Positions 7,518 through 16,655 of a DNA stretch of 56,541 nucleotides are shown here, one piece after another (position 1 is the first letter of the stretch; every line of letters starts with the position of its first letter). Source of the stretch: Promethearchaeota archaeon (lineage in GTDB: Archaea; Asgardarchaeota; Lokiarchaeia; Sigyniarchaeales; SOKP01). A program made the translations under genes and the position numbers. The notes beneath the pieces are model-generated. The model was not told where the DNA came from. It was given only the letters and a program-made list of their open reading frames with translations, and made no database searches. Location: the NCBI GenBank assembly GCA_019058245.1, contig JAHPZJ010000031.1:1-56541 (forward strand). The letters run 5' to 3'.

Positions 7518-10373
7518 CTAATTCTTCACTTCTATATGTGCTTTCACTATTTTATTTTCAATTTTCAGTTCTTTTACATCTTGTTCAGTTTCTAAATTGT
7601 GAATGATATTATCAGCTTGTATCATCTTCTTAATTTTTTCTTTATATTGTTCCAGAGCTTCTGAAATTTCTTTATCAGATATTTCTAAATATAAATCAAT
7701 TCGATTTCTGGTTGAGAGTTTCAATTTTTTTCTATAATTATTAAAATTTCTAATAAGATTTCTTGCAATTCCTTCTAACCTTAATGATGGTGTAATTTTG
7801 GTATCTAGTTCTACTATTAATTTCGAGTCTTCTGGCATTTCAATAGTCACCTTTCTCACATTTATAGCTTCTGCAATTATACTTAAATATTGTTCTTCAA
7901 GATCTACTCCTTTTAAGATAACCTCATTTAAAGCTTGTCTAACTGGAATTTTAGCAGTATCTCTTAATTCTAAGGACTTTTTGACTATTTCCCGTGCTAA
8001 TTCCATATTTTTTAGAACTTTTTTATCAATTAATTTATTATCAAATTCAGGCCAAAGCTCTAAATGAACAGACTCTAAATTTACAATTCCTCTTTCTCTA
8101 AATTTTTGATATATTAATTCCGAAATAAATGGTGTTAAAGGAGCTATTATCTTTGACAAATTTTTTAGAACATACGACAATGTATTCATTGCTGATCTTT
8201 TTTCATTTATATTTTCACTCTTAAATCGATTTCTACTGTTTTTAATGTACCATGTAGAAAGGTCTTCTATGAATCTGAATAATAACCTACTAACTTCTGC
8301 TGTATCATAATCACCTAATAACAGTGTTGTATCCCTTAAAAGACTATTCAGTAAACTTACAATCCATCGATCTAAAATATTGTCTGAAGTTGTATTATTT
8401 ACAGGTATATTTTGCAATTTAACTAAAGAATAGAACTTTAGAACATTTATCAACAATAAGTTGAATCTACGGTAGACTTGCTTTACTATCTCTTCTTTAA
8501 AATTTAAATCTTGCGCCCTCATTAACTGAGATGACAATAGATACATTCTTAACGCATCAGCTCCATATTTTTTAATTATTTGGTTTGGATCTGGGAAATT
8601 TCTTCTAGATTTTGACATCTTTGTTCCATCTTCAGCAAGTATATTACCATTTACTACAACATTTTTGAACGGAATTTCATCAAATAATAACACAGCTACC
8701 ACATGCATATAATAAAACCATGCTCTAACCTGCCCAATATACTCAGAAACAAAATCGCATGGAAAATTATGCTTAAACCATTCCATATTCTCAAAGGGAT
8801 AATGTTTAGCAGCATATGGCATTGATCCTGATTCCAACCAACAATCGAATACCTCAGGTATACGAGTCATTTTTTTACCGCAATTTGAACATTGAAGATG
8901 AATTTTATCGACTATATGTCTATGTAGATCCAGATCATCAGGAACTTCTTCTATAGCATTCTCCTGTAATTCTTTAACTGAACCAATGACTTTAATTTGC
9001 TTGCACTCTTCACATTCCCAAATGGGCATAGCAGTAGCCCAAAATCGATTTCTTGAAATACACCAGTCAGGAGCACTTTTCATAATATTTTGATATCGTC
9101 TTGAAATTTCTTTAGGATACCAGTTGATTTTTTCATTAGTTTCCAAAAGTCTTGGTTTTATTTTTTGGATATCAATAAACCACGCATCAAGAGCGTTATA
9201 TATTAAAGGTGTATCGCATCTATAACAAAATGGATAGGAATGAGTGTAATCTTCTACATTAAATAAAAGATTCCGTCTGTTTAAATCCTCTAAAACCTCT
9301 TTGTCTATTTCTTTAAACCACAAACCTCTCCATTCTTTCGGACCGCTAACCAGATCACCATGTTCATCAAGATGTTGAATTATAGGCAAATCATACTTTT
9401 TAATCATTTCATAATCAAATTCTCCATATATTGCTAAGTGAATAATCCCTGTCCCTTCATCAGATAATACATTATCACCACCATCGAGAATGAAATACCC
9501 CTTTTTGTTAGTATTGGTAGAAATGTGATATAAGGGTTCATATTCTTTATTTAATAGAGTTTTTCCCTTAAATTCATCAATTATTTTATAGTCTTTTTTA
9601 ATTAGGTTTAGTTGATTCTTTATTAATACCAAATATTCTTCATTAAGCTTAATTTTTACATAATCTAGTTCACTATTTACAGCTAAAGCAACATTTCCTA
9701 TTAAGGTCCAGGGCGTTGTTGTCCACGCTAATAAAAATGTATCTTGTTCTCCTTTCAATTTGAATTTTGCAGTTATAGCTTGTTCATTAATATCTTTATA
9801 ACTGTTGTCCATTGAAATCTCAGAATTAGAGAGCGGTGTTTCACACCGAGGACAATAAAATAAAACTTTTTTTCCTCGATAAATAAAACCATCTGTATAA
9901 ATTTTCTTAAAAATATACCACACAGTCTCCATGTAGGAATTATCCATAGTTTTATAAGAATTATCAAATTCTATCCATTTTCCCATTCGATCAACTGTTT
10001 TTTTCCATTCATTTGTATACCAAAGCACTTTTGATCGACAAAATTCATTGAAATGTGATATACCCATTTCATTGATTTCATTCTTCTGCTTTAAATTGAG
10101 TTCTCTTTCACAAATACTTTCTATTGGCAATCCATGGCAATCCCAACCCCATCTTCTTTCACAGTGGTGGCCTTTCATTGTCCAATATCGTGGAAATACA
10201 TCTTTTGTTACAAAACTCAATATGTGACCATAATGGGGTAAACCAGTAGCAAATGGAGGTCCATCATAAAAAATATATGGATTATCTTTTGGTCTCTGCT
10301 CTACACTTTTCTTAAATATTTCATTTTCTTTCCAAAATCGTAGAAGTTCTACTTCTTTTTCATTATAAGTAAT
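7518..10373 (-). CDS. ileS: Isoleucyl-tRNA synthetase (type 2-like signature); start extended upstream of the ORF-track call
   Basis: WDCHGLP, WTTTPWTL, DWCISRNRFW, KMSKS. The frame stays open 51 codons upstream of 10220 and includes the HIGH motif FYDGPPFATGLPHYGH. It is bounded by an in-frame TAA, leaving ATT at 10373 (behind AAGGAAGGTG) as the most plausible start. Confidence 0.93.
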   Translation of the reverse strand: MTYNEKEVELLRFWKENEIFKKSVEQRPKDNPYIFYDGPPFATGLPHYGHILSFVTKDVFPRYWTMKGHHCERRWGWDCHGLPIESICERELNLKQKNEINEMGISHFNEFCRSKVLWYTNEWKKTVDRMGKWIEFDNSYKTMDNSYMETVWYIFKKIYTDGFIYRGKKVLFYCPRCETPLSNSEISMDNSYKDINEQAITAKFKLKGEQDTFLLAWTTTPWTLIGNVALAVNSELDYVKIKLNEEYLVLIKNQLNLIKKDYKIIDEFKGKTLLNKEYEPLYHISTNTNKKGYFILDGGDNVLSDEGTGIIHLAIYGEFDYEMIKKYDLPIIQHLDEHGDLVSGPKEWRGLWFKEIDKEVLEDLNRRNLLFNVEDYTHSYPFCYRCDTPLIYNALDAWFIDIQKIKPRLLETNEKINWYPKEISRRYQNIMKSAPDWCISRNRFWATAMPIWECEECKQIKVIGSVKELQENAIEEVPDDLDLHRHIVDKIHLQCSNCGKKMTRIPEVFDCWLESGSMPYAAKHYPFENMEWFKHNFPCDFVSEYIGQVRAWFYYMHVVAVLLFDEIPFKNVVVNGNILAEDGTKMSKSRRNFPDPNQIIKKYGADALRMYLLSSQLMRAQDLNFKEEIVKQVYRRFNLLLINVLKFYSLVKLQNIPVNNTTSDNILDRWIVSLLNSLLRDTTLLLGDYDTAEVSRLLFRFIEDLSTWYIKNSRNRFKSENINEKRSAMNTLSYVLKNLSKIIAPLTPFISELIYQKFRERGIVNLESVHLELWPEFDNKLIDKKVLKNMELAREIVKKSLELRDTAKIPVRQALNEVILKGVDLEEQYLSIIAEAINVRKVTIEMPEDSKLIVELDTKITPSLRLEGIARNLIRNFNNYRKKLKLSTRNRIDLYLEISDKEISEALEQYKEKIKKMIQADNIIHNLETEQDVKELKIENKIVKAHIEVKN

Positions 10374-10433
10374 TTTTTACACCTTCCTTATGATTTTTTT
10401 TATAAATATCAATTTACATGACTTAAAATTATC

Positions 10434-10636
10434 AAAAAAACATCTAATTTACAAATATTAGAGAATCTCATCATTCACATATTTTTTATCGGTGAAGCAG
10501 GATGTGGAATAAAAATTAGGAAAATTCACTTCACAAATAAATGAAATTAGATAATAATAATCGTGGATATGATCATAATACTATTTCTAATGAAACCTAA
10601 GAATTTAGTTACTATATTCATAACATCCACATCCAC
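10434..10636 (-). promoter_or_regulatory. Putative attenuator/leader RNA of the ileS-cysS unit
   Basis: Complementary segments GGATGTGGA (10634-10626) / TCCACATCC (10508-10500) and GTGAAG (10534-10529) / CTTCAC (10497-10492). U7 tract at 10440-10434. Confidence 0.5.
10547..10621 (-). CDS. Putative ileS leader peptide (24 aa, 9 Ile)
   Basis: ATG AAT ATA GTA ACT AAA TTC TTA GGT TTC ATT AGA AAT AGT ATT ATG ATC ATA TCC ACG ATT ATT ATT ATC TAA = MNIVTKFLGFIRNSIMIISTIIII*. SD-like GGATGTGG immediately upstream. Confidence 0.65.
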   Translation of the reverse strand: MNIVTKFLGFIRNSIMIISTIIII

Positions 10637-10699
10637 TTTATATTATGAATAAGGTGAAATGCTCTAAAAAATATTTCGGTATTTTATCAGTTTATTTTA

Positions 10700-12685
10700 T
10701 CATTTATCCAAAAATATATAATTATGAGCAATTTTTCTTTTATCCCTTCCTGCTAAGATATGGATATGCTTAATTGTTTTAAGAGATGAAAATTGATCTA
10801 ATGGAATATAGATTAATTCGCGACTTTTTATTCCCGCAAGTGAAAAAAAATACTTACGTGGAGGTTCTGGAGCTAAATATGCAATATAGCGTTCTTTTGA
10901 ATAAATAATAGCAGCCTTGAGAAGGCGTTCCGCTTTATTTTTAGTATCTCGATATTCATAATCCATAAACGAATCGAAAATAGAATTCATAAATATTGCA
11001 GGAAATATAGAAAGTAATCCTCCAACTTCTACGTGAGTAATACCCGGTCCAATTACATAATCACCAGGATTCGTAGAATAAAAAGCCATATCACTTTCTC
11101 TATCATGTTCTGCCCACCATGTTAATTTATACGGATATTTTTCAACTTCTCCATCATCAATATCAAAAATAACTATAATAGTATCAATTTTGCCTTGAAT
11201 TTGTTGGATATTTTGGACATAAATTTTTTTCTTAAATGCCCAATTCCGAATAGTTTCTTTAATAGCAATCCCATCCATTAGACTGGACTTGAATTCCTCA
11301 ATTTTAATTCTCTGATTTTTTAAATTTTTAATAGTTTTCTTTCTTATAAACGCAAAATAATCTTCTTCTATAATGTCTTCAGGAGGCCAAGAAACTGTGT
11401 AGTCTTTCCCCTCTTCCCATTTAGCTCTCCATTCTCCAGGATATTTTTCTTCAGGTCTTTTTTTTAATGGTACATCTTTTTCTTTACCATAAGTATAAGG
11501 ATGATGTCTACGTAATCTTATGTAGCGACCGCTTGGATCGTAACCCCCTTCTATACCCATTTTCAGTGTTTCATAATTATCACTCTCATCATTAAAAGGG
11601 TATTTAGTAGCTTTTTCCATAACTTTCCATGCATAATCATCATCTACTATATTCTTTGAACATGTTAATAAATGATATAAATTCGGCAATAATCTTTGAT
11701 CTGTTAATGAGAGATTCCTTGAATACTGAAATAATGTTTTTAATTTATGAAGATCTACAAATTCCTTGAATTCCTCTTCATATTCATATTTTGCTTTGAT
11801 TAAGATTGTTCTAATTTGTTCAATTTTATTATAAGAATTTAAAATATTATAAAGCTCATCAGGAGTTTCTATGTGGTCTAATGTTTCCTTCGAAAATTCA
11901 TCTCGAAATTTTAACCATTTGTATGTATGATATGGTAACTCTCTTAAAATAAATCTGGCATCAGAACTTTTAATATTATAAATTTTTACATACTTGTGAG
12001 GAACTAACTCCAAATCCACATCTTCGATTTTTTCTGGATTTTCTATATAATACTTTACATTTTCCCAATGCGCCATACCGATAATAAACAAAACCCTATG
12101 ATATATTGACATTAAATTTAAAAGGTGAGCTGCCATATACTTCTCTCTAAGAATATCTTTTTCTATGAAATTATATTTTTGGTCCACATTTTCTTGATTT
12201 TTAAGAAAATCCTCCAAATTTACTTTATCTCTTAGCATATCTTTTTCAGCTTTAAACACATCCTGAAAGTATTTTGCTATCTGTTCATAGAATTTAGGAA
12301 GTCCAATCTGATTAATAGCATAATCATCTGGTAATTTAAAGCTGGGAGGTAAATATTCGGAAACTGAAAGATCAATGAATTCAATTGGAATATTATGTTC
12401 AAGCCCAATTCGTATACTTTCCATAATTGAATCCCCAGGATCTACGGGGATATAATTCAACCTTTTTGGATTCAATGTATCCGCATAGCCAATTAAGGAT
12501 AGAAAAGGTAATCTTTCAATCGCTTCTGTTACCTCGTCTTGAACGTTATTAGGCAATTCTATAGCAATAACGTCTGGAAACACTTTAAATAATGCTGTAC
12601 GTACCAATTTCGCAAATTCTATCCGCGAATGAAATGTCGGAATAACATATAAGTTTTTATACTTTATATAAGGTTTTTTATCCAT
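10700..12685 (-). CDS. TraB/TIKI-fold-like protein associated with a MoxR ATPase
   Basis: PTFH, PDVIAIELP, IDL, RExYMA and IGMAHW motifs. C-terminal LMDGIAIKETIRNW resembles the motif preceding MoxR-partner VWA regions. Confidence 0.55.
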   Translation of the reverse strand: MDKKPYIKYKNLYVIPTFHSRIEFAKLVRTALFKVFPDVIAIELPNNVQDEVTEAIERLPFLSLIGYADTLNPKRLNYIPVDPGDSIMESIRIGLEHNIPIEFIDLSVSEYLPPSFKLPDDYAINQIGLPKFYEQIAKYFQDVFKAEKDMLRDKVNLEDFLKNQENVDQKYNFIEKDILREKYMAAHLLNLMSIYHRVLFIIGMAHWENVKYYIENPEKIEDVDLELVPHKYVKIYNIKSSDARFILRELPYHTYKWLKFRDEFSKETLDHIETPDELYNILNSYNKIEQIRTILIKAKYEYEEEFKEFVDLHKLKTLFQYSRNLSLTDQRLLPNLYHLLTCSKNIVDDDYAWKVMEKATKYPFNDESDNYETLKMGIEGGYDPSGRYIRLRRHHPYTYGKEKDVPLKKRPEEKYPGEWRAKWEEGKDYTVSWPPEDIIEEDYFAFIRKKTIKNLKNQRIKIEEFKSSLMDGIAIKETIRNWAFKKKIYVQNIQQIQGKIDTIIVIFDIDDGEVEKYPYKLTWWAEHDRESDMAFYSTNPGDYVIGPGITHVEVGGLLSIFPAIFMNSIFDSFMDYEYRDTKNKAERLLKAAIIYSKERYIAYLAPEPPRKYFFSLAGIKSRELIYIPLDQFSSLKTIKHIHILAGRDKRKIAHNYIFLDK

Positions 12686-12770
12686 TTTCTAAAAAAACAC
12701 TAAAAATTATTCTAAATTTATCGAGACATAATATCATGATAAAGATCCCCTCTAGCTTTATCTATTTTCT

Positions 12771-13205
12771 TTAGTACAATATCACACATTCTTTGAAGTC
12801 ATTAGATGAATTAATAGAATCTTCATCAATTGAACTTAAGTCTCCTGCAATACGTGTTATGTCTCTATGAAAATCGCCTTCGTCATTATCTCTCCTAAAT
12901 TTGGCTCTATTTATATAATCATGAATTAATGTTCCAAAATGTTTAACTTGATCCCAATCTGGAGTTTCAGAAAGACTATATTTCTTTATAATTTCTTCAA
13001 TTATGTCTACATAATAATTAATATTTTTTCGTCTTTCAATGATAAATCCATCTTTTCCTTGATAGAGAAATTGAGGATTATAAGATGGATCTAATCTTAT
13101 CTCCTTCCAAATCCGAAATTGTTCTGTTATTTCACCTTGCCATATGGCATGTTTTCCAGGATTTTCTTTCTCAAATTCTTCCATTAAAGGAGTTTTTTGT
13201 CTCAT
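12771..13205 (-). CDS. Hypothetical protein
   Basis: 144-aa ORF with N-terminal EFEKENPGKHAIWQGEITEQFRIWK motif. Confidence 0.6.
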   Translation of the reverse strand: MRQKTPLMEEFEKENPGKHAIWQGEITEQFRIWKEIRLDPSYNPQFLYQGKDGFIIERRKNINYYVDIIEEIIKKYSLSETPDWDQVKHFGTLIHDYINRAKFRRDNDEGDFHRDITRIAGDLSSIDEDSINSSNDFKECVILY

Positions 13206-13235
13206 TTTTTATATAAATAAACTTATTGTTGATAA

Positions 13236-14159
13236 TTAATACATATCCTCATCTTCATCATCTAAGTAAAAATCGTCATGACGAGATGCTTCCTTCAGCT
13301 TTTCATCTTGATATTTCTTGAAGTCCTCGGAACAATATCTTAATGCCCCGTCTTCTAAGATATGCTTCATAGAATCTTTAAATTCTTTTTCATTAAGGCG
13401 ACTTTTATTTTTCCCATTCAATTCTCTAGTTTTCATATAATATCTTACTATATTTATACCATCACGAACTACGTATGGTTGATCTTCAGAATGCGCATTT
13501 TCCAAGAATTCAGCACAATAATCCAATATTTCTTCTGATGCAAAGGGTAGATTGTATTTAAGAATCTCTAGCTCATCAGCTCTGTTAGGAAAATCCACAA
13601 ATATTTTTGGTTGAAGGCGCGATTGTATATATTCAGGAATCTCGTATGTGCTACTATCACTATTCATAGTAACACATAGTCGAAATTCAGGATGAGCATA
13701 AATTCTAATACCTGCAATAATACTCTCGACATAACGTCTTTTATCCATTAATGGTGCTAAAGAAGCCCAACTTTTCTCACTCATCCTATTCCCCTCATCT
13801 AACAAACATACCCCTCCCTTTATCATGGCTGATACTAAAGAACTCGCAACATAGGCTATTTTATTATCTGAAGCAATAACGGGGCTAATTAGCAAATCCT
13901 CAGGTCGAGTATCCATTGTACACTGAAATATATAGACGTCTTTTTGTAATCTTTTCCCTGCAGCATAAGCTAATGTTGTTTTTCCAATGCCAGGCTTTCC
14001 TAATATTCGAGGGTTGAGTGGTAAATCTTCCTTATCAACAATCATCCATGCTGCTTTCAATTGATTTATTAAATCATCGTTGCCAACCCAATCCATCTGA
14101 ACATTTGCAGGTTCAGATAAAATTAATTCAACTCCAGACAATTCTATTTTTTCAGGCAT
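13236..14159 (-). CDS. MoxR-family AAA+ ATPase
   Basis: Walker A GKPGIGKT, Walker B CLLDEGNR, HPEFRLCVTMN, sensor SRL. Confidence 0.88.
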   Translation of the reverse strand: MPEKIELSGVELILSEPANVQMDWVGNDDLINQLKAAWMIVDKEDLPLNPRILGKPGIGKTTLAYAAGKRLQKDVYIFQCTMDTRPEDLLISPVIASDNKIAYVASSLVSAMIKGGVCLLDEGNRMSEKSWASLAPLMDKRRYVESIIAGIRIYAHPEFRLCVTMNSDSSTYEIPEYIQSRLQPKIFVDFPNRADELEILKYNLPFASEEILDYCAEFLENAHSEDQPYVVRDGINIVRYYMKTRELNGKNKSRLNEKEFKDSMKHILEDGALRYCSEDFKKYQDEKLKEASRHDDFYLDDEDEDMY

Positions 14160-14338
14160 AATATCTCTTTCATTGATCTACAAATAATAGGTATAAATAT
14201 TCATAATAAATAATTTATTGAAATTTAAATAAAATCATAATTCGTAGCATACTCATAAAAATCTCTTTTATACCTCAAGTATAAAAAATATGAATTCATT
14301 TAATCTATATATAACTATAAAGGAAAATTAAAAAACTA

Positions 14339-14890
14339 ATGTCAGGAGAACAGGAAAAATATATCGTTCTCAAATTTGTATTATTAGGGGATGCAGCTGT
14401 TGGAAAAACATCTCTGGTTGATAGGTATGCTCATCATAAATTTAAGGAGAATTATATTCCAACTTTAGGGGTCAACATTGTTGTTAAAGAATTAAAGCTT
14501 GAAGAAATAAATGCTCAAATTCGATTGGTACTTTGGGATATAGCTGGTCAAGAAAAATATGATATATCTAGGAAGATGTTCTTTCAAGGTGTTGTTGGGG
14601 CACTTCTAGTATATGATACAACTAGAGAAGATACCTTTACCAATATAGAATCGAAATGGCTTAAGGATTTAGAAGAATATTCAGAAAACGATCTTTCCTG
14701 TATTCTTATAGGAAATAAAACTGATTTAAATGATTCGAGATTAGTATCAACTGAAGATGGAAAAAATCTCGCTGAAAAAATAAAAGCAGCAGATTTTGTT
14801 GAAACAAGTGCAAAATACGGAGAAAATGTTGAAGAGGCATTCAAGAAATTAGTTATTAAAGTATTAATGAAATCAGGGGTTATATCTTAA
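14339..14890 (+). CDS. Rab/Ras-like small GTPase
   Basis: GDAAVGKT, PTLG, WDIAGQE, NKTD, ETSAK. Confidence 0.95.
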   Translation: MSGEQEKYIVLKFVLLGDAAVGKTSLVDRYAHHKFKENYIPTLGVNIVVKELKLEEINAQIRLVLWDIAGQEKYDISRKMFFQGVVGALLVYDTTREDTFTNIESKWLKDLEEYSENDLSCILIGNKTDLNDSRLVSTEDGKNLAEKIKAADFVETSAKYGENVEEAFKKLVIKVLMKSGVIS

Positions 14891-14926
14891 AAACCTTAAA
14901 TCTATTATAATAACTCTGGTGCTTAA

Positions 14927-15355
14927 TTGAAAACTATTGAAACTAAAATAAAGAGAGTAGTTGTAGGAAAAATTGAACCAGATGAGGATTTAGTTGATTC
15001 CATTATCAGTATAGTGAAAAAACATGATATTCAATCTGGATTCATCAAATGCATAGGGGCTTTAAAAACATTTACAATTGGTTTTTATATGATTGATTCA
15101 AGAGAATATAAAATGAAGACTTATAATGAAAACGTAGAACTGATTTCATGTATTGGAAACATTACTTATAAAGATGGAGAACCACTAATTCACATTCATG
15201 TTTCATTAGGAAGAAATGATTATAGTGTAATTGGAGGTCATTTAAATAAACCAAGTATAGTCTCTATTACTGGAGAAATAATAATATTTGAGTTTGATAC
15301 TAAAATTAATAGAGTTAACGATCCCCAATTTGAATTATCCTTATTGGAATTATAA
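14927..15355 (+). CDS. PPC-domain (DUF296) protein
   Basis: IGAL, ELISCIGNI, HIHVSLG, GGHL. Confidence 0.88.
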   Translation: MKTIETKIKRVVVGKIEPDEDLVDSIISIVKKHDIQSGFIKCIGALKTFTIGFYMIDSREYKMKTYNENVELISCIGNITYKDGEPLIHIHVSLGRNDYSVIGGHLNKPSIVSITGEIIIFEFDTKINRVNDPQFELSLLEL

Positions 15356-15372
15356 TAAAAGGGTATTAAAAA

Positions 15373-15939
15373 ATGGTTGAAAAAGATAAGAGGAAATGGG
15401 CAATTAAATTAACAGTATTAGGTGATCCTGCAGTAGGAAAAACCTCCTTAATTGATAAATATATTACAGATTCCTTTAAGGAAAATTATCAACCAACCTT
15501 AGGAGTCAATATCGTAACCAAGGATATACGGATTAAAGAAGACAATTCCGAAATCCGGCTACTTCTCTGGGATATTGCTGGACAGGATAAATATGAATTA
15601 ACACGTCAGATGTTTTTTCAAGGATGTTCAGGAACTCTCCTCGTTTATGATATGACAAGATATTTCACCTTTGAACGCGTGAAGACTAAATGGCTTGAGG
15701 ATTTTAAAAATTATGGTAGACCAGATGGAATTTATATGTTGATTGGAAACAAATCTGATTTAAAAAATTCTATCAAAGTGTCATCAGAAGAAGGTAAATC
15801 CCTATCTGAAGAGATTAATGCAGTAGAATTCGTTGAAACTTCCGCAAAATATGGTGAAAATGTTGAGAAAGCTTTTAGAACTTTAGTATCTCATGTATTG
15901 GGAAAGCTTGGTGTTAACATAGATTTTGAATTGCAATAA
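15373..15939 (+). CDS. Rab/Ras-like small GTPase
   Basis: GDPAVGKT, WDIAGQD, NKSD, ETSAK. Confidence 0.95.
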   Translation: MVEKDKRKWAIKLTVLGDPAVGKTSLIDKYITDSFKENYQPTLGVNIVTKDIRIKEDNSEIRLLLWDIAGQDKYELTRQMFFQGCSGTLLVYDMTRYFTFERVKTKWLEDFKNYGRPDGIYMLIGNKSDLKNSIKVSSEEGKSLSEEINAVEFVETSAKYGENVEKAFRTLVSHVLGKLGVNIDFELQ

Positions 15940-15978
15940 GACTATATTAAAAATAATAATATATGAAAATGTAACAAA

Positions 15979-16545
15979 ATGATAGGAGAATATAAAGGAT
16001 CGGTAAAAAACAAGGTACTTGTAGCACTTCTCCAGGCATACCATGATATACTTGATTATGATGGAATGAAATCTATTTTACGAGAAGCAGAAATGTTGTA
16101 TTTGAAGGATATAGGAAATAAAAATCCGAATGATTCAATAGATTTTTTCTCCTTCAAGAAAATCATTTCTGCCCAAAATTGTTTATTATATGATTCCTCC
16201 ATACTTCTTTTTGAGATTGGAAAGAAATTCTCCTTCTACTTATTTCCTTTTGGAATTAATTTTGAGGAAATAATTGAAAATATTAATTCTTTAATTCTTA
16301 CGGATTGGAAGGTTGAAATTATAGAAAATAATTCAGATGAAATAACAGTTCGAGTAGATAAATGCATATTTTGTTCAGAAATAGGTATTCCCTGTGCTTT
16401 ATTTGCTGGATTCTTAGTTTATTCTTTACAAAAATCATTACCCTCAGATTTTTTTGTTAATTATGAAATGGATAAACAAGACATTAATAAACCAAATCAC
16501 AATAACTTTGTTATTAAATTAAAAATTGGCAGAAATTTTAAATAG
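15979..16545 (+). CDS. V4R-like domain protein
   Basis: Helical N-terminus, FEIGKKF, CIFC...PCALFAGFL pattern typical of the V4R/Bet3-like fold. Confidence 0.65.
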   Translation: MIGEYKGSVKNKVLVALLQAYHDILDYDGMKSILREAEMLYLKDIGNKNPNDSIDFFSFKKIISAQNCLLYDSSILLFEIGKKFSFYLFPFGINFEEIIENINSLILTDWKVEIIENNSDEITVRVDKCIFCSEIGIPCALFAGFLVYSLQKSLPSDFFVNYEMDKQDINKPNHNNFVIKLKIGRNFK

Positions 16546-16655
16546 ATTAATAGCAAATATAATAATTGAAATCCTTTTCCATCAATAAAAAAATTTCTTT
16601 GGAAAATTAGAAATAAAGTATTAAATAGATTTACAACAAAGTTATTAATTGCATA

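Noticed and set aside
10434-10660. T-box riboswitch upstream of ileS
   Set aside because: No GGTGGNACCGCG-like T-box consensus or stem I is visible; the leader-ORF model fits better.
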